A stretch of DNA of 64,000 nt, from NCBI GenBank assembly GCA_013265495.1, contig MU058584.1, forward strand, positions 7,654,407-7,718,406, given 5' to 3'. Below are positions 38,863 through 51,200 of this stretch, one piece after another. The notes beneath the pieces are model-generated. The model was not told the origin of the DNA. It saw only the letters and a list, made by a program, of their open reading frames with translations, and did not search any database. Position 1 is the first letter of the stretch. Each line of letters opens with the position of its first letter. The position numbers and the translations under genes are program-made. The stretch is from Vicugna vicugna (Eukaryota).

Positions 38863-40699
38863 TTAGAAAGCTCTGATTCTTTCTGCAGACTCTTTACACG
38901 GCCCAGGGGACGTATGATTCCTTGCCCTTTTAGCACTAGTTTTTACAAACACAGCATTTCCCTCATTTTCAAAAAGCGCTCAACAAGCCACCGAGTGAAG
39001 GAGATGGAACGTTCAGGCGTTTTCGTAGTGCCTTCAAACACCGCTGAAAATGTCATTTTAAAATACAGTTTTTGAGCCAGTGGCAAAGACTCATTTAGAA
39101 ACAATATCACACTTCAGGAGGAAAAGAATGACTCCTAGACTTGCCCAGAAATCAGCCTTCCGCTCCCTTCTTTGTAAGCGCCAGCACCGCAGATGCATTC
39201 CCAGCTTCACGGCATCAGAACGCGAGGGAGAGGATGGGGGCTGGTCTGTCTCCACCAGTATCATCACTTGGCTTCGCACTAAGCATTTAATTGGACTCGG
39301 TCACATATTTGTTCACTGACAAGGCAGCTTGCAGGGCACACTGCCTCTCTGTTTTTCTGTTTGCTTTCAACCTTTTTGTTTTTAGAGTTTGAAGCCACTC
39401 TCAGGCATGTTAGAGCTCCTCCTGCTGGAATTTTTTTTGTTTACTCACTGGGATTCTAATTAAACGCTAACTTGTTGTCCCCATTTTTTCCCACTTGGAC
39501 TGACTGATAAAAGTGACCAGAAAAATACCATGTGGTGCATTTAAAACTGGCCTTTTAATTCACCGCCTCTCACGGGTCAGACAGAAATGAAACATTGGTG
39601 CAACATAAATCTCTAAGTCTTCAAATTCCTCGTGCTAGATTTTGTGGTTGTTGCTACAAAAGTAAAAGGAACTGGAAAGTTAACTTTTGCATCAGTATTT
39701 TTAATTACATATTTACCCTCTTTGAGGTAGGGCCCCACGTCAGATACTCATGCCGGGAAGGTTCTTGCTGTCTCTCGGAAAGGGGCAAAAGATCTCTTCC
39801 ACCTTTCCAAAGCAGAAATGAATTTTACAGTTTCATATTGAGATCCCGGGTGTTGCCTTTTCCCCTCGCCTCTCTGCTTCTTTTTCTTCTTCTCTCTGAC
39901 TTGGGATGACAAAGGAGTGTGTGTCTCAGAAGGGGAAGTTTGCCTCTCCCAGTAGCTAGTCCTTAGCACCTCCTTCCCAACCTCTCCTCCTTCCCCCAAA
40001 TGTCTGAGTTGGCCAACCCCTTCCCCTGGTGCCTGGGGTGGGAGTGAGGGGAGGGCAGGAGAAGGGGACAGAAGAGGATGAAGAGGGTTAGAAATAGTTG
40101 TATCCCAGCTACCATCAGTGGGACTAGGTTTCTGCATACAGCATGTAAGTTCTTGGAGGTCTCTTTGGGGATTTCTGGAAAGAGAGAGAGAGAGGTGGAG
40201 TGGGGTGGGGGTGGATGGCGGGGGAGAGACAGAAACAGACTTATCAGAGGGGACACTGTCTCACTCCATCCAGTAGCCATATGTGTGTAAATCTCTTTTA
40301 AAACAGCATCCTTTCTCTCTGTGTAGTTTTTTCAGCCCTGTATTCCTCTTACCCTCTGCTTTGTGTATCTTTTAGTCTTTTTCTCTACCCAGCTTCTCTG
40401 TCATCAGTGATACAATGCAGAGGCTAAAATATAAAAATTAAGCTCAGAAGTAATGCTTTGTGGAAATCATCTTTTAAAACAACTAAAAACCCTCTAAAAG
40501 TTATTTGTTTTAGAAATTAGGATTTGGAGCAAAACAAGGAATTTTGCCACTCGTGATAAAGAATAAGACGGCACTTGATTTCTCAAACTGACAGGACTTT
40601 TTCTGGCTTTTTCCCCCCTTCGTACATACTATCTCTTATTCCTGCAAGAGAAGATTGCCAGTCCCCTCAACCTTCCCTGTTTTCCTCAAGACTTTCCAG

Positions 40700-40930
40700 C
40701 CCCTCGACCTCTTCCAATGCCAGGCTAAGACTCCAGGTGTCCCTGAAACTCTTGAGACGTAATCCTGTTGTAGCAGTTACCCCACTGGTGTCGCTGTTCA
40801 CTTGTCTCTCTCCCCAACACAACTTGAAATTCCTGGGCAGTGACGATCCTTACTTCTGTACCTCTAACTCTTCACACAGCACCTCGGACACAAACGGGGC
40901 TTATTGAGGAACGAACGAAAATAGAATGAG
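40700..40930 (+). mobile_element. L2 3' end
   Basis: ttgtctctctccccaacacaacttgaaattcctgggcagtgac...cacagcacctcggacac. Confidence 0.55.
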
Positions 40931-43002
40931 TTGATGTGCAATGCTTCATCAAAATATATTTTTAGAATTAGCCCAATACTTAGTGTATTTTAAGGAACAA
41001 TTTAAACACAAACACTTTCTCTCTTGTTCTGTTCTATTGAAAACCTTGCCTGTGCGAATGCTCCTGTAAAATTCTTTCTACAGATTGTACACAGAGCAGA
41101 GTTCATGTGGGCAAATCATCCTTTGAGCTGCCTTTTTGTTGCAACCATAGAAGTGGGTTTGTCTGTACTATCCTTATGGTTGAAATCCAAGTTAGATATT
41201 TAGAATAAAGCAAATGTGGCAAGGTAGATTATATCACCATTTATTTCGGAGACTAATTTATACAGCATATTATGTGTTTGCATCATCAAATAAAAACTGT
41301 GGACTGTTTTTCTCCTTATGTTCTTATTTCAAATTCCATCAATTGATTCATACTTTCCCAGTGACATACATTATAAAATCACGGGTTCATTTTCACAAGA
41401 GAAAGACGTGCTGGCTCTAAAATGTAGCAGGTATCATAGGAGAGAATTTTTAAATCCTTTAAATGGGCTCCAAGTTCTTTGCTCTTTCCAACATCGACTG
41501 TAAACTATTCCTGGACAGTATTGGCTCACTCTGTTACTAAAGCTGAAAAGGCCAAAAATATGCTGGATAGCATCCTATATTATTTTTGATAATAAATTAC
41601 AAAATATTATCCTCCATGTGGACAAAATCATTACTGTTTATAGCAGTTTTTTGAACTTAGCCTTAGACCTTTCAGATATGTCAAACCTGTTTTTTGAATA
41701 AGTGCTCAAAATATGAAGCAAAGCACAACACAGTGATGAAATTTAAAATACTGTATCCTATAGTCTGTTCTCTGAGAGCAGACACTGGCAAGAGGAAGTC
41801 CTGGGTCATAGTTGCCCTTCCATTTCACCTGGAGGTGCGCTCCTGTCTGATTTATCCTTGGGGATACGCCGTCATTCATGTTCTTGAACTTCTGGTTAGG
41901 ACACTGCCCCCTACAGGTGCTGTGGAAGGCTGCAAGCAGGACAGGAGTAATCTCAGATCATAGGAAGTTTATAACGTTGTTCAGGTGACAAATTATATAT
42001 ATATATGCCTTAAACGTTGAAAAATTATGTACAAGGATTAAGTAATTCCAGAGGGTCGTAGAGAAGCAAGAAGTTTCAGTTCCTGGGAGGGGACTACCGT
42101 GGGCGTCCCTCAACCCAGCTGACTGATGCCACCAGAGCCATTTTTGCCTGGAGCCATTCTGGAACCCAGTTCCGCAGAGTCCACTGTGGGAGGTGCTCTT
42201 CACAATTTTAGAAAACTCAGAAGCAATTTTTGTTTTCGATCTCTTTTGCTTTCTAAGAAATTCACCAGTTATAGCCCCATAAAAGGAGATGTCTTTCTTC
42301 TTGTAGTGAGGTAGGCAAAATCCTTCTCTTTTTCATCAATAAGATTAAAAACTTGGGCAAGTTGGTATCAGATTTTCATGACTCCTGGAAACCTGGGATG
42401 TATGAACTCTCTTATGCTCCTAAATGCAATTACATGTAAATTAAATTTTGAGGCAGTTATATGTTAAAGCTTCAATTATATTTAATAAGTAGAACTTGTA
42501 GTAGAAGTCAACTCTCTGCATATACTTTTTTATGCAAATAACTATCATCTTAGGTAGATACTATTCCTCTAGCCATGTCAATCTTTGGTCTTTTTTTGAG
42601 AGTTTTCTTTTATTTTTTAATTTGAGTCCATCTTATTAATTAGTTTGAACTTCAATAACACCCTCTCCAAAGATGACAATTTGGAATACATGGGAGATAC
42701 GCTTTGTTTCTATACCTACTGCCATTTTCATAAGCAAATACCAGCTTCCCTAAACAAGTAGTTATTCCTCTGGTGATGACTCACCAAAAAACGACCATAG
42801 TATAATATCTCGGTCTTTACAAAATAAACCTAAAACTAATTTGACCCATGCTAATTTCCAAAGGTATCAAAGTATTTCTACAACCATTTCTTCATCCTTC
42901 TAAAGATTTTTTTTCCAGCACTTTTTTCTTTTTACTCTTCCTGTATCTGGTGAATGAATTGAATTGCGAATAAAGCAAGGACAAAATCATTTATTATGTC
43001 TT

Positions 43003-43170
43003 GGAAAAGTTTTTTCAAAGGATTAGTCCAAGGACCAACAGCATCAGCATCACCCAGGAACTTGCCAGAAATGTCTCAGTCCTTTAGAAATTCTGTGTGA
43101 GACCTAGAAGCCTGTGTTTTCACAAGTCCTCCAGGAAATTCTGATGCACGGTCCAATTTGAGAACCATAG
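43003..43170. mobile_element. MER5A hAT-Charlie element
   Basis: ggaccaacagcatcagcatcacccaggaacttgccagaaatg...ttctgatgcacggtccaatttgagaacca. Confidence 0.8.
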
Positions 43171-45112
43171 CCTCAGAACCTGCCAGTGTAACTGCCCAAT
43201 GGAAAGAATCCTAGCCCGGGAGTCATGATGTCTTGGTTTAAGCATAGGAAAGGGCAGAGCCTGAGCTAGGTAGACTAGGTCTCACTCACACATTTACCAG
43301 GCAGATCAACCCCACTTCCCATCCTGAGGAGGAATAAGGGCAGGGGCACAGAGACCAAACCATTTCAGTCATCAGTGTTATGCTGCCAGGAAGCAAGAAG
43401 CTAGAGGAAAGGTAGTTTCCATCCTCACGTACCCCTGTCAAAACTGGCCTCACATCATGAGCACTCAGAACCAGCTAACCCCAAGAAGAGCAGTTGAAAA
43501 TTTCGTTCTTGCATTCTTAGAAGAGAACCGAACAAGACTGTAAGACAGACGATGCCTTCTTCTCTCTTATCAGCAGAGCCAGTTTCTCCCCTCGCCGTGC
43601 CACCCACCCTGCATGAGCCTTTGGCTTTCTTACAAAATCTGTCATTGTCCAAAATACTGTAAACAATCCTTGCAGTCCCCTGCAGCTACAAATGCAACTT
43701 CAAGTATTGCATCTTTCCCTTTGATTGAGAAGCAGAAACAGGACTCTTCTGTCGTAGCCATAAACCGCCCACACACAGCACAGTGTTTCAATAAACACTA
43801 AGTGATGCAAGATGCTCCGCTTCAATATAACGGGTTACTTAATGAAGCCCATCACCGCACAAAGAAAGGGAGGAAAACTTGGTACAAAACAAATAACTCT
43901 GCTTGGCCCAAAACAAACTGTCTTATGAGGTGAATGTCTTTGGAAACCCTTTGAATGGTTAGGAACTGGACCAAGGAAATGAACCTTAACAGTAAACCTT
44001 AAATGTTTTTCTAGTGTTGAAGTTGGCAAACATCTTAGCATTCATTACTTATTAAGAAAATTCACACTGAACAAGTTAAGTCTCCTCTTTAATTGCTTTC
44101 TTTACAGATTATTGAGGGGTTATTGTTTGGGAAATAAAATGGGTGCTGTCTTCCAAAAGGGTTGAGGGATTTTTTTTAATTACTAAGTACATGCATGGGT
44201 TACTTTAGCCTGAAACTAGGCATATTTTAAAGATGTCTTAATTCTTTTAAAAGAACATGAGGGAAATTGTATCTTTCACTTTTTTCAATCATTAATTCAC
44301 CACACAGGTATGCAGTGCCTGTCCAGTGCCCTAGGGACTCCCTTAAAGAGCTCATAATGGATAGGTTCTCCTGATTTATTTATTTGAAAAAAAAAATAGC
44401 ATGAGTCAAAGACCAGGCTGAGTTCTGGGATATGGTAGTGAACAAGATAAACAGAGGACCTGGCACGTAGCAGAAGGTTCTGTTCTCCTGGTCTCCTGCC
44501 CTGCCTTCTTTCTGCAGTCGCCCAGTATTGTTGACTTTGTCTTGTCCCATCAGCGTGGTCCAAAGATCAGGGAGGGGATCAATGAGAAGTCACTGTGCCG
44601 TCAGAGTATTTCTGTCTTTCTCTGTCCCCACCATGGAACTCTTCCCTCCAGTCCTTATCACTTAATTTCTAGTTTCTTTAACCTCATTATAGACCTAAAT
44701 TCTCTTATGACTTTCAGATTTTATATGCCACAGTTGAAATCATAGTTGCCCCTGCTTTAACCACATTATTGTCTTTTCAAGCTCTGAGAATATAATCTGA
44801 GGGTCTGAATTACAAAATGTTGCCCCATTTTTTTCCTCTTAAAATGGGGTGCTGTAGCAAGGCTACTTGCAGACTTGTCTAATCCCATTTGTCTTCCACT
44901 ATGCATAGATTTTGACTTTTAAAAAATCATGCAGCATAGTGCAATCCACATAGTAGATGCTCAATAATGCATGTAATGCATGATGGGAAGGCATATGTTA
45001 CAGATCGTCTAGTCTGAGTTTCCTGTGTCACAGATGAGAAGACTGAGGTGGAGAGAAGTTTAGTGGTTAATGATTGTACAAATGGGCAATTGGATCTTGA
45101 ATCCACATCTTT

Positions 45113-45261
45113 CTTTCTTTAATTTTTTTTGGTGGAGGGGGAGGTACCTAGGTTTATTTATTTATTCATTAAGACAGAGGTGCTGGCATTGAACCCTGGA
45201 CCCCGTGCATGCTAAGCAGGTGCTGTACCGTTGAGCTGTTCCCCCCCCCCCCCCCACCGTG
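45113..45261 (-). mobile_element. tRNA-Ala-derived SINE (vic-1-like) inserted into a MIR
   Basis: Reverse complement gives agctcaacggtacagcacctgcttagcatgcacggggtccagggttcaatg...aacctaggtacctcc. TSD gaatccacatcttt (45099-45112) / gaatccataccttt (45262-45275). MIR text on both sides. Confidence 0.85.
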
Positions 45262-45424
45262 GAATCCATACCTTTGACTTCTGAGCAAGGGCTCTTCTGT
45301 GTAAACTTGCTGCCTCAAATATAAGCCTCTGACAAATGCCTCCAAAGAATGCGTTTCTGGCCTCATTGCTCACTTTGACCTGGCCTATAAGTAAACCTGG
45401 ATAAACATCTTTGTTTAGGTACTT

Positions 45425-45730
45425 TTCAGTCATTCATTTGCTTGTCTACTATTTAATAAACATTTATTCACTTCCTTCTAATCACCTCATAGTAATGCTG
45501 AATGTGCATAATAAATATAAAGCAACTGGTCTCTGCACTCAAGAAATTTGCAGTCTATTGGAGGACACAGGCAATAATCTAGTAAATAAATCCATAATGA
45601 CAAACAGGGTTAAGTGCTGTAAAATATATAAACACCACGAAGTGACGAGGAGTGGTGGTTGGAAACTGTAGGATGAGCAGGAAGGGCTGAGGGGTGACAT
45701 TTGAGCCAAGAACAAATGATCCGAAGAGAA
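45425..45730 (-). mobile_element. L2 fragment
   Basis: cattcatttg...aataaacatttatt...ctgcactcaagaaatttgcagtcta...ggtgacatttgagc. Confidence 0.6.
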
Positions 45731-46269
45731 CTCAGTTTGCATTCCTTTCTCTCTGGCTACTACCCTTGGTCAGAGCTCTCATATATGCATGAAAAAATTT
45801 TTGACCCACCATGCCACACTGTATGCTGCCTGTCCCTGCATTTGCAGTTTAAGATCTACTTTTTTCAAATAAAATCCTCTAATTAAGTCCATCCTATTAT
45901 CGAATCTTCTGGTAGGGTTTCCCTTTTTCAAGTTCAAATTCTGGCCAACTGCTTGCCCCCCTATAACTGCTTAAATGCTAGGATTGTATCTCTGTAGGTC
46001 ACGTGACTACTTGTCAGACTCCCTGAGGAGGGGCCTATTATTTAGTATTTGTTACAAACATTAACTAAACAATTCGGCAATCAAATATCCTGTAAGTAGC
46101 GTTTCCAAGAGTCAAAGCCTACATACCACTGTAGCTTTTTTTTTTTTTTGCAACAGCAATGACTTACTAAAATAAAATACCCTTTAAGGTATTTACCCTC
46201 ATAAGGTAAACGCCAGTGGCTAGCACAGACATTCGTAAGTTGTTTCGTACTTCTAGGAGTAACTTCCTC

Positions 46270-46560
46270 TTATTCAGTTGTCATACATTCAGTGGCTAAA
46301 TGACAAGCACTGAGCTAGACACTGCAGGAACACGAAGATGAGGAAGACACAGCCCATTTCTAAACAAGGAAATAAACACATAAGCCTAATTACAGAAATA
46401 GGTTGAGATGCTACAGGAGCCACTGTATCAAGATGGGGGACGGTAGGTCACAGAAGACTTCACCAAGGTGAGCCCTGAAGGATGAAGAGCAGTTTCCGCA
46501 GATGAACAAGCGCATATTGAGGACGTAATTGCAGGCAACACCAGGCTAAACACTCTATGA
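46270..46560 (-). mobile_element. L2 fragment
   Basis: caagcactgagctagacactgcaggaacacgaagatgaggaagacacag...agccctgaaggatga. Confidence 0.55.
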
Positions 46561-48205
46561 AACAAGTCAAGTGGACATAACCTCTGGCCTCTAGAAACTT
46601 CACATCAAAGGAGAAAAGGATGCAGGTTCAAATTTGGGCCATAAGTTTCATAAATATGGCCATTTTAAATGAAAATGAGCAATCTACTAGTGAAAGGGCA
46701 GGTGTTTTTGCATGGTCATAAGTGAAAAGGAAATTATGGAACGATTTTTCCCAGCAGGAAATTGCCAAAACATTACAGGTGGTCGCGGTAGCCAGGAGCC
46801 TTTCTGCAGGAAGAGGACTTAGTTGTTTACTCAGAGTGATTGGTTTAGTTTTGTAAACTGTGCCTGTAAAGTATCTCTAATTACACCTCCAGAAATTGAG
46901 TGTCAGTTTAGTAATAAGAGATTAAACTGGAATGCGCTTTCCCAAGGGAACCCTTCCTCTAAAGCCTCTTGGACATTTCTCAAGTGCAGGAGACAAAAGG
47001 AGCTCTCCTATTATCTGTGAGTTTGTGCCTAAGAGGACAGTATTTTGACCATTAAGCGACAGTATCTCTTCTGCTTTGCTTCTTCCTTGGCCATCTGATG
47101 TTATTTTCTAGCTTTGTAATTTTTTTTTAACATTTCACAACTGTTTTCTTTAACTTTTCTAACTTTTACCCCTTCATCTGGAGAAAGAACATTTGATTTG
47201 ATCAATTTAGTGTTTCCAGTCCAGAAGAAAATTTCAGGACACATGACATGGCTGTAATTCCAGAAGGGGTCTTTCAGAAAAAAAACATCAGTGGAAGAGT
47301 TTTATGAAGAAGAAAGGTTTCCGTTTGTTGAATTTGTTGAATTTTGTTGGTTATAAATATTACTCTCTGAGACATTACATAAGACCGTCAAGTCCACAAA
47401 CAGAAAGCTTATGAATACATTAGGAAATAAATGTACGGGTTCAGGGAATAAAGAGTATTAGCTGGTAAAGCTGAGATTCTCAGCTACAGTAACATTTCAT
47501 TATCTGAAGTTTATCAGTGACCTCAGCTATTAGAAACACCATTACCCACTAGAAAGTGAGCAATACTGCTACTGAGAATAAAAATGTTAAGACCCAGAAT
47601 AGGAACCAGAGCTCGAGCAATTTACTCAGGCACTCACCCTGAGCCTCTTTACACTTATTGCAGAGAATTCAAAAACCTTTCTGGTTTTCTAGTGCCCTGC
47701 AAATTAGAAGTAAAATGTAGAACAAATTGGAGAAAGTTACTGCTGAAGGCAATGAAAAGTGATAATTAACATCCTGACAGGGAGAAAAAGAAGGAGAATA
47801 TTACATAAAGGGCAATAAAAATCCAAACCCTGTCAATCTCTGAGGCCTCAATACCTTATTCATTCTCGGAGTGGGTGTAACGTAGCACAGTTCATAGGCT
47901 GTTGGCTGAGAAATATGCAGTGTATTTCAGATGGCTTTTAAATGATTTAATATTTTTATTAGTATTGGGAGGGACAACTTCAGTTTCTAGCAAGATTCTG
48001 CATATGACAGAATACCTCACTTTTGTTACAACATGCTGAGTGAATGAAGGGTGATCGTGTTAAATCATTGCAGGTGGCGACCACCCCCCGCTGGCCTGTC
48101 AGTGCATGCGCATGCGCGTGATGGCTCTTTTTCTCGATGTCTTTGGGACAACCTTCTACTAGATATTCTACTTGTTTCTTTACTTTTCTCTTTCTCTCTT
48201 TCTAG

Positions 48206-48275
48206 CCGGAGACCACCCCCATCACCAACTCGTCCCACTATAATCCGTCCACTAGAATCCTCCCTGTTAGACTAA
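48206..48275 (+). CDS. DNM3: Dynamin-3 canonical last exon 'a', coding part SRRPPPSPTRPTIIRPLESSLLD*
   Basis: Long pyrimidine tract ending ttctctctttctAG|CCGGAGA. Phase-2 junction with 28922; stop TAA at 48273-48275. This is the canonical dynamin-3 C-terminus. Confidence 0.97.
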
Positions 48276-51200
48276 ACGAAGTGTCTGGCATGGCAATTAA
48301 TTACTAATGAGTTACGCGAAAGCAAAATATTTGATAACCGTTGCAGTAAATCATGAGTAGTCGCATGTGTGGACATCAGTAGGCAAGTAACCAGTTTTAC
48401 TAATGCATCCATCACTTACCTTCACTGCTCATGGTATGTCAGACTTTGGGGGTTTAACTCTTGAAAACTGCTGACCCTTTGAGGCTCTGTATGTTGTCTC
48501 GACAAAGGTAGGTTGTCTGGCAGCCCTCTCCTTTGGGGACCTTTGACCTACCCCAGTATATATTTGGAATTGCTTTGGACGAGTTTCCCAGGTTACCTAC
48601 CAGACAGTCCATTCAGTGTAACTCTTAAGAGATAAGAGATGATGGGCTTAGACCTAAATGATATATATTTTATTTTCCCACATTCTGTTTTGACTGATGG
48701 AAATTATGTTGTCTATTATTAATGTTTCCACCTACTCCATAATTACCTATTTAGATCCTTTTTTCTTTCCTCTTTGTTTCATAAGACTGCTATGAAGTGT
48801 TTTTTTTTTTAAATTAGGATTCCTTAAGCATAAAACTTTACCAGAAGCACGAGGTGGTTTACAAGGGAAAAGTTAATGCATTGCTTGCTCTAGAGGGTTT
48901 CTCGTGCCAATATGTTTTGCTTCATGCCAAAAGCATATTCAACAATGAATGAGAACTTGTTTTTTGGTAGTCGGTCGATAAATTTGGCTAGTTTCAGAGT
49001 TCAAGGAAGAAGCAAAATATCACATCTCTAGAAGTGTTCGGACAAATGTAATTTCTCTGTTCACTTATATAATTACCTCCTCATAGGTTACAGTGAAGGC
49101 TGACACGGAAAATACTTAATTTTTTCTAGTGATCTAATTTAAGGCATGGATAACTACACTTTGACACTAATTCCTGTTGATTTATTTGGTTAGTTAGCTA
49201 GAGCAAAAATACGTCTCTTTTTCCATGCTAATATGTGATTCCCTAATGTAAAAATTTAGCCTACCTTTAAAACAGGTTTAATGTAACTCTTTATCCATTC
49301 TAGACTTTCTTAATAAATCCTGAGCCTTCCTGTGGGATAACCATATTTAAAGAATGGGACCTGGCATGGAAAGAAAAGTCATTTAGTACAAGATACGATG
49401 GTCTAAGAGCAGAGCTCACACTCCTACAGTGGGACAACTTCAGAGTCTCTTCCCAGAAAACTGTATTAAGACATTGAAATTTAAAGCAAATTGGCAAATT
49501 CTAACATTTCCAGAATTTACAAAAGCAGTTTCGGCTGGGGGTTAATAGTTCAGTCTGGAGGCTGAGTTTTGGACTACCTAGGACTGGGTGATTAGCATGT
49601 AGGAAACAGCCAGAAGCCAACTGGAATTCCGTCTGCTAACTGTTCCCAGACAGCAGACCAAGTATTCACTGAATAGTTGTGTCCCATGACACCACTTCAT
49701 ATTCTGCAGAAGTAAATCAGGTTTTGCCAACTGAAATGTCTCCCTTTGAAAGCAGCAAACATGATTTGTATGTTAACTTAACTTTAATTTCCTGTGTAGT
49801 TTATACCCAAAGCAGACACTCATAAAGTATGAAGTAGAAACTTTTAACCATTATTAAAAAGAGAACTTGCCAAGTGGAATGGCATTGTTTTGAACTTATT
49901 CTAAGGGGTTAAAATCAGCCCACTTAAGCAAAAATCAGAGAATACAAGAATTACAAAAAGGGCGTTTCAGCTTTTAAATTTCAAGTGATTGTATGAAGAA
50001 CACCACCCTAAATCTTCTCTCGTACCTTATTTTTTCTTGCTGAAAAAAATTTAACTCTTTGTGAATGGAATGGATGTGCGAGAAACATACTGTATTTTTA
50101 AGCAGTGTCGCAGCTAAATGGAGGTATGTTAAATAAACGTCCACAGTAACATGAATAAGCTACAGTGAGGTCTTTTCATAAAATTCTCTTTTTAGGATTC
50201 CCTTTGCTTCTTCCTTGGAATTCTCTAAAATAGGCAGCTAACGGATTATATACTTCAGGGTTTGGCTTTGAGCAACATATGACTTTGTGTTTTGCTGTAT
50301 TTCAAAAATGTCCTTCTGTTAAAGGAAAATATTGCGGATAACCACTGGTGTGTTCTCAGATCAGCACAAACCATGTCAAAGAAAATTGGAGATTTTTTTC
50401 CAAGTTTCTTTCCACTGACTTTATGCATGTGTCATCTTTGGCTTTTGCTCTCAGATTACAATCCCACAGTTTCGCTGTCGCAATTATCTCTTCTTGTGTG
50501 TGTACATCCTTGTTTTATTTTAGTTCTAAGTTATTTCTGGTAGAACCCAGCCTCCCCTGGGATTTCAGCAGTCATGTTGGAGAATGTTTCCAGTTTGCTG
50601 CAGTCCTGTGTCATATGATTAGTATTAATGCCATTTCCCAAAGGGTTTGCATCCTGCCCAAAGGAGATGCCAATATAAATGAAGTCAGAAGCTCTAGAAT
50701 GTGCAGTGTTTGAAGTACAGTGTATATATCAGGGCTTAAGATGGCAATGTAGCTTAATGAGCTTTCTAAGTATTTCCCATACACTTCAAATCTTCCGTGT
50801 AAGTTCCTCCCAGCTGATTGCTCTGACGTTGTCTATACAACAGATGCAGCTCCATCACGTCTAGTGTAAGGAAACATGCAGTGTTTTTAGGATTTGGAAA
50901 AATTAACTGATGTTTATCTGGTAGGCACATCTATTTCACTGTCACATGCTAAATTGTGCATTATTGACTAATTGGAATAACCATTTACTCAATTGTGGAC
51001 AGACGATTGACATAGTATTTATCGATTTAAAACAGATACATTACCTTTCCAGAAGTCAGCTACCAAGGCTACTCCTCTGAATATTGCTTTTAGCTGTGTT
51101 TCGTAACATAGAAAAAGGAGCGGTAGGGTCTGTTTAATTAGCGTATTGCCTGCTTGTTCAGATACAAGCTCATTCTATTCCAAGGCGTTATAATAAAACC

